In this document: one piece after another, positions 50,373-58,733 of the stretch
Layout: every line of letters starts with the position of its first letter
Position numbering within the stretch: the first letter of the stretch is position 1
Source of the DNA: Piedraia hortae CBS 480.64
Taxonomy: Eukaryota
Assembly: GCA_010093745.1 (NCBI GenBank)
Contig: MU005961.1
Coordinates: forward strand, 248,001-312,000
Length of the DNA: 64,000 bases
Reading direction: 5' to 3'
Notes under the pieces: model-generated
The model's database searches: none
What the model was told of the DNA's origin: nothing
What the model saw: the letters and a program-made list of their open reading frames with translations, nothing else
Made by a program: the position numbers and the translations under genes

Positions 50373-51516
50373 TCAACTGCACTCCTTCTCCCGCTTCATA
50401 AATTCCTCCACAGCAGCGACCTCCTCATCCAGCTCCATGATATGCGGCATCGGCCCAGCTGGCGTGATTCCAAACGGATTAATCTGCCCAACTGACTTGG
50501 TATACAGGAACTTGATATGCTCAAACTCAGTCGTTTGATTGAACGCCTCGTTCTTCCAGTACAAATTTCTAAGCCAAGCATGAATAAGTGAATACCCGCT
50601 CCTAATATCTCTAATGTTGCATTTGAAATGCTGCACATAAACTGGATCGAATCGGACAATGGTTGTGTATAGACGAATGTCGGTATCGGTAAGAGATTTG
50701 CCCCAAAAGTAAGGGCCTTGGGAGTTTTGTAACGCGAGATGTTTCTCAGCTCGGTCCAGTGCGGCGAAGACAGGCTTCACGTTGGAATCATAAGCTTCCT
50801 GCGTCGTTGCGAAACCGGTTTTGTAGACACCGTTATTGATTCCGTGGTAGATCCATTCGTTTGCTTCTTCGATTTTGGGTTTTAGACTGCTCGGGAGGAG
50901 TTGCATTGATTTTTCTTGCTTTTCGGTGGGAAGAAGATCGTCGAATGCGGTGTATAGCATTGTAATGATATCGCTCGATTCGTTGTTTACAATCCGTTTT
51001 TGTATTTTGTCGTAGAGCACAGGGACGGTGAATCTGTCCTTATAGTCTGGGTCACTTTCGAAATATATCTCCCTCAGATGCGTGAAGTTGGGGTGCAGGG
51101 GATCTTCAGTGACGTGCTTAGCCTCATCGTAAACGCCGGTGTCGAACTTGGTGGCAAAACGCCATCCTTTGCTACCAAGGTGCCAGTGGACTGCCGTGTA
51201 GGGGAGAATAGATTCTAGACCCTTGAGTTTGCGGACTATAAGCGTTCTATGAGCTTCAATGCTTGTCAGCGTACAGGGAGAGGTTGAGATGGAAATAAAG
51301 TACCCCAAGGACAGGCATATGATACATCTATCAACAAGATCAGCACGAAAGACATGCTACCAAGCAGATACACCCACAGAGATGGTAGCGATCCTTTTCC
51401 GCTGGAAACTTGGACCCTGGCGTGTTGGAAACGTTATCTCGAAACTGGGAAACTTGGCGCTTGAATTCACTGGTTTTTTCATCCACATTGGGGCTGACCC
51501 ATTTTTCATCGGCCAT
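50373..51516 (-). CDS. ECM4: Glutathionyl-hydroquinone reductase / GST omega-like (Ecm4/Gto family); introns 51328-51377 and 51254-51303
   Basis: Spliced product EFKRQVSQFR..FPAEKDRYHLYVSYACPWAHRTL; FTVPVLYD, IVNNESSDII, INNGVYKTGFA, RFDPVYVQHFKCN, INPFGITPAGP. Confidence 0.92.
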
Positions 51517-51586
51517 TTGTCAAAGGATTGACGAGTTGAGAGTGGTACATATAGGAAATGTGATCAATGGACGTTAATTTGCACTC

Positions 51587-51702
51587 TTACGTAATGAAAT
51601 CCACGGATGGATTCATTGCATCAGTAATGCTACATAATTTTCCCAAACTTCCAAGCACGGGCATTGACTATGAAAGTTCAAACTCTATCACTACGTTAGT
51701 AA
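51587..51702. promoter_or_regulatory. Candidate Yap1/Pap1 (AP-1-like) elements upstream of the GST-omega-like gene
   Basis: TTACGTAA at 51587-51594 and TTAGTAA (= TTACTAA) at 51696-51702. Confidence 0.5.
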
Positions 51703-51897
51703 TAGTGGACGTACCAATCGTGCCTTCCTTTTTGGGTAAAGCGTGGTTTAAAATGGCCCGACCTCACCTCATGATTTTCATTCGTTGATCAGTAAAGATG
51801 AGGGATAGGATAGCAAAAGTTGCAAGAGCACCCTCCGCCAGACAAAGAGACAGCAGCGCACGGGTAGAAAGCTGGCTTGCGGGCGGATCGTTTTTAA

Positions 51898-52365
51898 CCC
51901 GAAGTAGGAGAGCAGCAAGAGCCAAATCACGACCTAAATGTGATTACAATCGAAGATGACGAAGATGAGGACGTAGAAGCTGTGTACGACGAAGACGAGT
52001 ACGACGGAGATCCTGACGTCCCCTCCGACTACTCCTTACCCAGCGCCTCCACCAAGCATCACAGCGGAAGTTCATGGTACGTATGATCGGCAAAACGGGA
52101 CAAGATGCAGTTGGAAATGGGAGGATTTCGAAAAGCGGCGATAACTCTGAAGGAAGCGATGACAGAGCCAAGAAGAGAGCACGGGGCACTTTACAGGGAG
52201 GATGACGAATTGAAAAAGGAAAACGAGAAGTTGAAGATAGAAGTTGACGAATTGAAAAAGTAGAACAACCAGTCGACAAAGGCAACGGCGACGTCGATGG
52301 GCAAGGAAAGAAGACGGAGCAAGCGTCAGAAAAGACGAAATAACTCCACGATACAAAGTTTCTAG
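51898..52365 (+). pseudogene. Decayed acidic/coiled-coil coding relic
   Basis: One frame reads PEVGEQQEPNHDLNVITIEDDEDED...WYV*SAKRDKMQLEM...EDDELKKENEKLKIEVDELKK*NNQ, protein-like but broken by stops and lacking an ATG. Confidence 0.45.
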
Positions 52366-52460
52366 CTCTAAACCAGAATCAACACCTTCAGTTGCAGACT
52401 AAAAATATGGAGAAATCGCTTGCTGATCATGCCTCGTACCACGTGCCCGATGAGTTCTAT

Positions 52461-52543
52461 GCGCTTTAGAGCTTTGCGCTGTATATGGCTCTTTCAGAGC
52501 TTTGCGCTGTATATGGCGCTTTCAGAGCTTTACGCCGTATACG
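52461..52543. repeat. Three imperfect ~28-bp tandem copies spanning the stop codon of the WD40 gene
   Basis: gcgcttt-agagctttgcgctgtatatg / gctctttcagagctttgcgctgtatatg / gcgctttcagagctttacgccgtatacg. Confidence 0.85.
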
Positions 52544-54084
52544 CCCCGACCGGCACAGACCCCCAGCCATTCGCCACTTCGGGCAGTGAGTGTGCTTTGG
52601 GGGGCCCAGGAGATGTTGCCAATCTCAAAGTCACAGCGCCAGCTGGAACAAGGGCCCTTTGCCTGGCTCTCAGGCACAAGACCACTCGAGAGCGGGGCGG
52701 GGCCGAGTGCAGCCTGATTATAGCTGTTGACAAGATCCCAGGTGAGAACAAGGCAGTCATCGGCGCCCGACGCCAGCACTCCGCGACGGTTGGGGCTCCA
52801 CTCGATTGAGTTGAGGCTGCACGAGTGACCGCGGAGCTCCAAGAGCGCGGTGCCCGGCTGGCGGACGTCCAAGATGCGTACAATGTTACCGTCGGCGGCA
52901 AAGGTAGCCAAGAGATGTGAATCAAAGGGTGAGGCAGCCAGACGCAGTAGCGGCGGAGCCGAAGGAGGCCCCTGCGGCTTCATCGGCGACGACGGCGACG
53001 CTTCCTTGTCTTTCTCGGCCGGCTCATAGATGATGGTCGAATGCTCAAGGCTGCGCAGGTCAAACATGCGCACGCTGCCGTCGGCGCCACACGAGACAAA
53101 CGTATCGACGCTTCCGGCGCAAAAGCGCACGTCAAAGACCTCGCGGTCGTGGGCGATCAGTTGCGTCTTGGCCGTCAGCGTTGGAATGTCCCAAATGGTG
53201 CACGTGGTATCGATGGAGCTGGTGATGATCAGCTTTGGACTCAGCGTGTTCCAGTCCAGCGAGGTGAGCGGCGCCGTGTGTTCGGGCGTCTTGGAGTTGG
53301 ACAGCAGCGCCAGTGGCTGCAGCTTCTGCGGCGCTGGTTCCCTCAGGGCGGCGGCGCGGCTGGTGATGTTGTTGCCGTACTGCGGCGGTGGGCCTGGCGG
53401 TAGACTCCACAGCCGCAAGTGGTCGCCGCTGGTTGCCACCAGGTCCGTTGACTGTTTCTGGCTGCCTGGAGGCTCCCACAGAATGCGCGTGACAGGATAG
53501 GCGCACGTCGCTTCGGCCACTTTGGAGTATTCGAGCCCATCGTCCTGCGCTGCCGCATGGCTGTCGATGATTTGAATGAAGTTGTGAGAGTCTTCGAGGT
53601 AGCTGGCGACGGCCATTTTGCCCGCGCTGCCACTGCTGTTGACCGGCCACTTGCACCAGTCGTAGGCGTAGGTCGGAAAGGGCGCAAGGTATGCCGAATT
53701 GGCCGGCGCATCCGAGTAGGCGAGCAGCGTCGACACGCCGTCGTGGGCGTCCGACACGGCACGCGACCGGATGGCCGTCAGGCTCAGCGGACTGTGCGAT
53801 GGCGCGCCCGTAGGCGTCTGCAAATGGGAAATGTTGTAGGCCTTGGGGTTGGACGCTTGCGTCGGCGTCTTTTGCCCGTACGGCACATAGCGCTGTGCCG
53901 CGTCCATGCCGGCGGGTGAGCTGCGTGAATGGCTGTGCGACGGCATGGAGCGGGGCGGAGCGGGGTGGAGGGCGGAAGCGGAGGCGGCGGAGGCAGGATC
54001 AGACGAGGCGGAGAAGCCGCGGGGCGGGATTGACAGCGACGGCACAGTGGGGCCCTGGGTGTGAATCGTCGGAAGCCCCGCCAT
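52522..54084 (-). CDS. WD40 protein, DCAF7/WDR68/AN11 (yeast YPL247C) family; start may be a downstream ATG
   Basis: YPVTRILWEP, ATSGDHLRLW, APLTSLDWN, SSIDTTCTIWDI, KTQLIAHDREVFDV, GADGSVRMFDLRSLEHSTIIYE. Confidence 0.93.
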   Translation of the reverse strand: MAGLPTIHTQGPTVPSLSIPPRGFSASSDPASAASASALHPAPPRSMPSHSHSRSSPAGMDAAQRYVPYGQKTPTQASNPKAYNISHLQTPTGAPSHSPLSLTAIRSRAVSDAHDGVSTLLAYSDAPANSAYLAPFPTYAYDWCKWPVNSSGSAGKMAVASYLEDSHNFIQIIDSHAAAQDDGLEYSKVAEATCAYPVTRILWEPPGSQKQSTDLVATSGDHLRLWSLPPGPPPQYGNNITSRAAALREPAPQKLQPLALLSNSKTPEHTAPLTSLDWNTLSPKLIITSSIDTTCTIWDIPTLTAKTQLIAHDREVFDVRFCAGSVDTFVSCGADGSVRMFDLRSLEHSTIIYEPAEKDKEASPSSPMKPQGPPSAPPLLRLAASPFDSHLLATFAADGNIVRILDVRQPGTALLELRGHSCSLNSIEWSPNRRGVLASGADDCLVLTWDLVNSYNQAALGPAPLSSGLVPESQAKGPCSSWRCDFEIGNISWAPQSTLTARSGEWLGVCAGRGVYGVKL

Positions 54085-54117
54085 GGCGGATGAAGTGCAA
54101 GAGAAGATCAAGTGTAG

Positions 54118-56976
54118 ATGCAAGCGTCAGTTCCCGTCACCGCCCTGTGTTTTTGGAGGCACACGTTGCTCGCGGCCCAGGGCAACCGGCTGGCGGCGTA
54201 TGATCGGTCGGGCCGCCGGCTCTGTAGAGTCTGCGTGTTTGACGACGACGCTGTTCACGGCGTCGTTGTCCACACCGACGTCGCACTGGTCTGGGGAGGC
54301 TCCAAGGTGCGGATTGTGGGCGTGCGGGCCAACGTCCAACTCACGCCAGGGACGCTATTCAGAGCTCCTGACTGGGTTCTGGACGCCGCCTTTGCCGTCC
54401 ACTCGCGTTTTGCCTTTGTAACAGCTCACAATGAGTTGCACATCGCAGCAGGATCGGCCATCCTTGGGGCCGTCTCAGGCCCCAAATGCATCCTTTATTC
54501 AGCCCATCTGAAGTGGACCTCGTCGTCCAGTTGTCTAGTTGCTGCTGGCACTGCCTTTGGGGACATCATTCTTTGGTCCGCTACCGTGTCATGGGAGCAA
54601 AACACTGTCCAGTCTCAGCTGCACTACGTCTTCGCCGCCCACGAGGGCTCGGTCTTTGGAGTGTGCATTTCAGACATTACTGACATCGGTCGTGCCTTGG
54701 CAACATGCAGCGACGACAGATCGATCAGAGTCTGGGACATTTCAGACCTCCCAAATGTTGCTCATCAGTCCCAGAGGCATACGGGGTTTGGCTCACAAAA
54801 CGAGGGCAACTCCCCCACGTGCGTTGCAAAGGCCATGGGACACGCCTCTCGCATCTGGCATGTCCGCTTCGCTGGTAGGTCTACCCTTATGTCTTTTGGA
54901 GAAGACGCGACTTGCATCTCCTGGAACATCGACCCTCCATCCCTGGTACAAGGCCACATTGGAGCAGCCCATGCGGGCAAACACATTTGGTCAGTGGCAA
55001 CCTCACTCGACGGGACTGTAGCCACTGGCGGTGCTGACGGAGCCATCGTACGCTGGTTGCCTCTACCACGGCCTGCCGTTACAGCTATTCCCTCCAGACA
55101 TTTGGGCAATATTGCAGAAAACTACAAAGCTTATGCCTTTGTAGACGAAAGTACAATCGTTGCCACCACCAGCCAAGGCCGAGTGGTGATAGTCGAGCTT
55201 GCTCAGCCCGGCATGTCCATAAAAGAGGTGGCATCGCGCGTGGAAGGGCTTGGCAATTACTCGATCGTGGCGGGTATACAAGGTGCAGCATTTTTAACTG
55301 GGTCTGACGGAAAGGTCCACATGTACACTCACTGGAACGAAGAAATTCGTGAGATACACCAGATGAATCACAAAGCCACTGCTTTATTTCCATGCCAGGA
55401 TCCTGTCCCCGGCCTGTTGGCGACCAACTTTTGCAACCCATTTGCCTCGCTACTTCAGTTCAGTCAAGGTACAGAATCGCATTCGGTGCAGCTTGCCACT
55501 CCTACCGGCTTCGCTGTGACCAGCTTTGAACAAAACAAATCTACCGCCTTCCTCGGCTCTCGCAATGGCAGTTTGGCCATATACGATTTGTCAAGCACTT
55601 CCAAAGATAACGTGAAACATGTACTCATCACCGCCATCCATGAAGAAGCGATTACAGCGTTGCGATGTGCAAGTCCGCAATTTGTTCATTCAACCAGTCG
55701 AGATGGCACACACGCAGTGCACCGGCTTCATCGAGGCAACGAGGCTTGGTCGCTAACAATTGTTCACCAGCTGGCATTGCCATTTGGTCCACGTATCGAG
55801 GGTATCAAAGTCGATCGAGGAAATTTGTTATTGTGGGGCTTCAGGGGAAAAGAATTCATCGTCTACGATTCCCTTGTTCAGAGTCAAGTTATGACAGTGG
55901 AATGTGGTGGTGCACACCGTACTTGGGCCTACCGAATCCATCAAGGAGGTGGATCGTTCGTCTGGACAAAAGCTTCACAGCTACATTGCAAAACGCAGAC
56001 ACAAGTGCCTCATCGTCTCATCGGCAGTGGTGGTCATGGCAGAGAAATTAAAACAGTGGCCGTCTCACCTGTCGACTCGCGAATGTTTGCGACTGGGGCT
56101 GAGGACACAGACATCAAGATCCATATGCTTACCCCCAACTTTCAATGTTGTCAGACTATACGGAAGCACACGACGGGCGTTCAGCACCTGCAATGGTCCA
56201 GCGATGGATCACGGCTCTTTTCAAGCGCAGGCGTGGAAGAGTTTTTCGTTTGGAGAATAACCAAAGATTTGCCTCCCTCAGGCATTGGAGTGGTGTGTGA
56301 GAGTGTGCATCCTCAAAGCGGCAAGTCTGATTTGAGAATCATGGGGTTTGAGTTGAACCTTCCACATGTCATCATGGCCTATTCCGACTCGACGCTCAAA
56401 CGATGGAATTTTCAACACGGAACATGGACCTTGGATGCAGTCGGGGACTATCTCACTGCCTGCCTCACGGCTGTCTGCCTTTCTCCATGTCTTCTCACCG
56501 CAGCGACTGACGGCCATGTGACCAGATGGGACAAAGAGCTGACGTGGAAGACAAGGCATCGGGTGCACCAGAACACCATCCTCTGTCTAATTACGTGCCC
56601 TCTTACTGATGGATCGTATATTGTGGTGACTGGAGGTGATGACAACGCCATTGGCATCACATGCATCAGCACTCAGTTCAGCACGCTCCTACTGGTTCGG
56701 GCTCATGCAGCAGCTGTTACGGCCCTGGCCATTATCCACCAAGATCACGACGCGTTCATCGTAGCATCGGCTAGTGTTGACCAACGAGTCAAGCTTTGGG
56801 AAATTCGAGTCGAAACCCAAGAGAGCGGAGCTGATAGCATTAAAGTTGCCAAACGTGGCAACAGATTTACAGCTGTCAGTGACGTATCATCACTCGAGCG
56901 ATGTCACGACGGACTCCTTGTCAGCGGGGTTGGGATGGAGATACTGGATGTCATGTCGGGGTGCAACGCGTGGTGA
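54118..56976 (+). CDS. RTT10: WDR6/Trm734 (Rtt10)-like tRNA 2'-O-methyltransferase partner
   Basis: PVTAL start, ILYSA, VAAGTAFGDI, HEGSVFGV, CSDDRSIRVW, GHASRIW, GEDAT, CGGAHRTW, HGREIK, GGDDNAI, SVDQRV. Confidence 0.88.
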   Translation: MQASVPVTALCFWRHTLLAAQGNRLAAYDRSGRRLCRVCVFDDDAVHGVVVHTDVALVWGGSKVRIVGVRANVQLTPGTLFRAPDWVLDAAFAVHSRFAFVTAHNELHIAAGSAILGAVSGPKCILYSAHLKWTSSSSCLVAAGTAFGDIILWSATVSWEQNTVQSQLHYVFAAHEGSVFGVCISDITDIGRALATCSDDRSIRVWDISDLPNVAHQSQRHTGFGSQNEGNSPTCVAKAMGHASRIWHVRFAGRSTLMSFGEDATCISWNIDPPSLVQGHIGAAHAGKHIWSVATSLDGTVATGGADGAIVRWLPLPRPAVTAIPSRHLGNIAENYKAYAFVDESTIVATTSQGRVVIVELAQPGMSIKEVASRVEGLGNYSIVAGIQGAAFLTGSDGKVHMYTHWNEEIREIHQMNHKATALFPCQDPVPGLLATNFCNPFASLLQFSQGTESHSVQLATPTGFAVTSFEQNKSTAFLGSRNGSLAIYDLSSTSKDNVKHVLITAIHEEAITALRCASPQFVHSTSRDGTHAVHRLHRGNEAWSLTIVHQLALPFGPRIEGIKVDRGNLLLWGFRGKEFIVYDSLVQSQVMTVECGGAHRTWAYRIHQGGGSFVWTKASQLHCKTQTQVPHRLIGSGGHGREIKTVAVSPVDSRMFATGAEDTDIKIHMLTPNFQCCQTIRKHTTGVQHLQWSSDGSRLFSSAGVEEFFVWRITKDLPPSGIGVVCESVHPQSGKSDLRIMGFELNLPHVIMAYSDSTLKRWNFQHGTWTLDAVGDYLTACLTAVCLSPCLLTAATDGHVTRWDKELTWKTRHRVHQNTILCLITCPLTDGSYIVVTGGDDNAIGITCISTQFSTLLLVRAHAAAVTALAIIHQDHDAFIVASASVDQRVKLWEIRVETQESGADSIKVAKRGNRFTAVSDVSSLERCHDGLLVSGVGMEILDVMSGCNAW

Positions 56977-57212
56977 GGTGGGGCAAGTGGGTCCAGATCT
57001 TGGCCGCGCGGCTCAGACGCTAACCGGAAATGGATGGAGGACCCATTGCTGACGACGCTCCTACCACGACGCCGCTTCTTCATCCCGACCCAATTCCGTC
57101 CCTCATTGTTCCGTCTCTCATCGGCTAAAGGCGTCTTCTGCCCCGTTGTTCAGCTAGAAGACTCTCATTGGGTTTGCAACAAGATACCTCGAGATCTCCA
57201 ACGGGATCATAA

Positions 57213-58519
57213 ATGGCCGGCGATCGCCCCAATGGCCCTCCCTCGGCACAGCCACGGAACGATGACTGGGCTGCCCAATTCACTGCAAGTTTCCGCCAAA
57301 CACTGTCTACGGTGCGCATGAACACGTTGAATCGGCCGGCGACCGATTGTCATTCGCCACCAGTGCCTTCTACCATACGCAATCTCCCCATCGTGCCAAG
57401 TCCACCCACGGACCCCAAATCACAAAGATTTCGGAGCCTCTTGCTTGGCCTTTCCAGCACACCTTGCAAATGGGAAAACCCCGGGCTTCTGGACGAGGCG
57501 TTGGGAGTAGTTCCGCTTCAGCGCATCTACGACAAAGCGCAGGAAGACAGCGAATTCTATACGGCCATAGCGCAGTCACAAGGACCCAATGTTAAGCCTG
57601 AATGGGGCTATCAAGACTGTGTCATACGTGCGCTGCTGCATTGGTTCAAGGAAGAGTTTTTCCAGTGGGTCAACAATCCGCTATGTTCGCGTTGTCGCAC
57701 ACGTACGATAGCCTGCGGGGTGGTTGCGCCGTCGCAGGAAGAGGCCGCGCGAAGTGCGCACCGTGTTGAACTCTTCCGGTGCGCCAATCAACTCTGCCTT
57801 TCCTACGAGAGGTTTCCCCGCTACAACGACGCCTTTGTGTTGTTGCAGACAAGACGCGGTCGCTGCGGTGAATGGGTAAACTGCTTCAGCATGCTCTGTC
57901 GCGCCATGGGTAGCCGCGTACGCTGGGTATGGAACCACGAAGACTACGTCTGGACCGAAGTATACAGTGTACACCGCAGCCGCTGGGTGCACGTAGACTG
58001 TTGCGAAGGGCAATGGGATTGTCCGCTGCTATACTCTAAAGGTATGTGTACACTGGCAACCTAACTGTACCATTCTGACCCTTTATCCTTCCAGGCTGGT
58101 CCAAGAAAATGTCATACATTATCGCGTTTTCGTCTGATGGCTGTCAAGATGTCACACGACGTTATGTGCGCTCATCTGACCCGTCCCAGGCCATGTCACG
58201 CACCAAGTGTCCGGAAGGCGTGCTCCTGCATATCCTCAACGAAATTCGCTCGCTGCGCAGGCAGAACCTGGACAAAGCCGAGCGCTTCAGGCTGAACAAA
58301 GAGGACCATGTTGAAGAAGAAGAGCTCCGCGGCTACTTCGTTGGTGCCCTCGCCCTCGACGTCAGTAGACTCGCTCTATCCGGCCGTCACAAACTCAGTG
58401 ACGATGCCATTGCAAAGGCCCAGGAGAGCAGAGAACAGCAGTCTAGTGCACAGGACTGGGTGCGCTCCCACGGCGGGGACACTGGTCAAAACCAACCTCA
58501 TGACCCCAGGCGGAACTGA
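57213..58519 (+). CDS. PNG1: Peptide:N-glycanase homologue (transglutaminase-like); intron 58042-58094; catalytic His replaced
   Basis: WENPGLLDEAL, LLHWFKEEFFQWVNNPLCSRC, RFPRYND, TRRGRCGEW, EDYVWTEVYS, WVHVDCCE, GWSKKMSYIIAFS..DVTRRY. Confidence 0.92.
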
Positions 58520-58733
58520 GTCCGTGTTTGGGTGAAATCAAAGCGTCTGTTTCTGTAATCTAACGAGAATATGATTGGGCAGGACGGGACAAAGTAGGGA
58601 GTGAGCTGGGAAGATAATTTTAATTCTACGAGCCCGTTTATGTAAATACCTTGGACACCAGGGTTTTGACCGATGTATCTTATGTTCCTATTGCAAAGGG
58701 GCCAATATGTCCGTGATCGTTTTGTAGACACAA

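Noticed and set aside
52461..52543. 28-bp repeats as a possible CRISPR-like array
   Set aside because: Copies are directly adjacent with no spacers, the host is eukaryotic and there are no cas genes.
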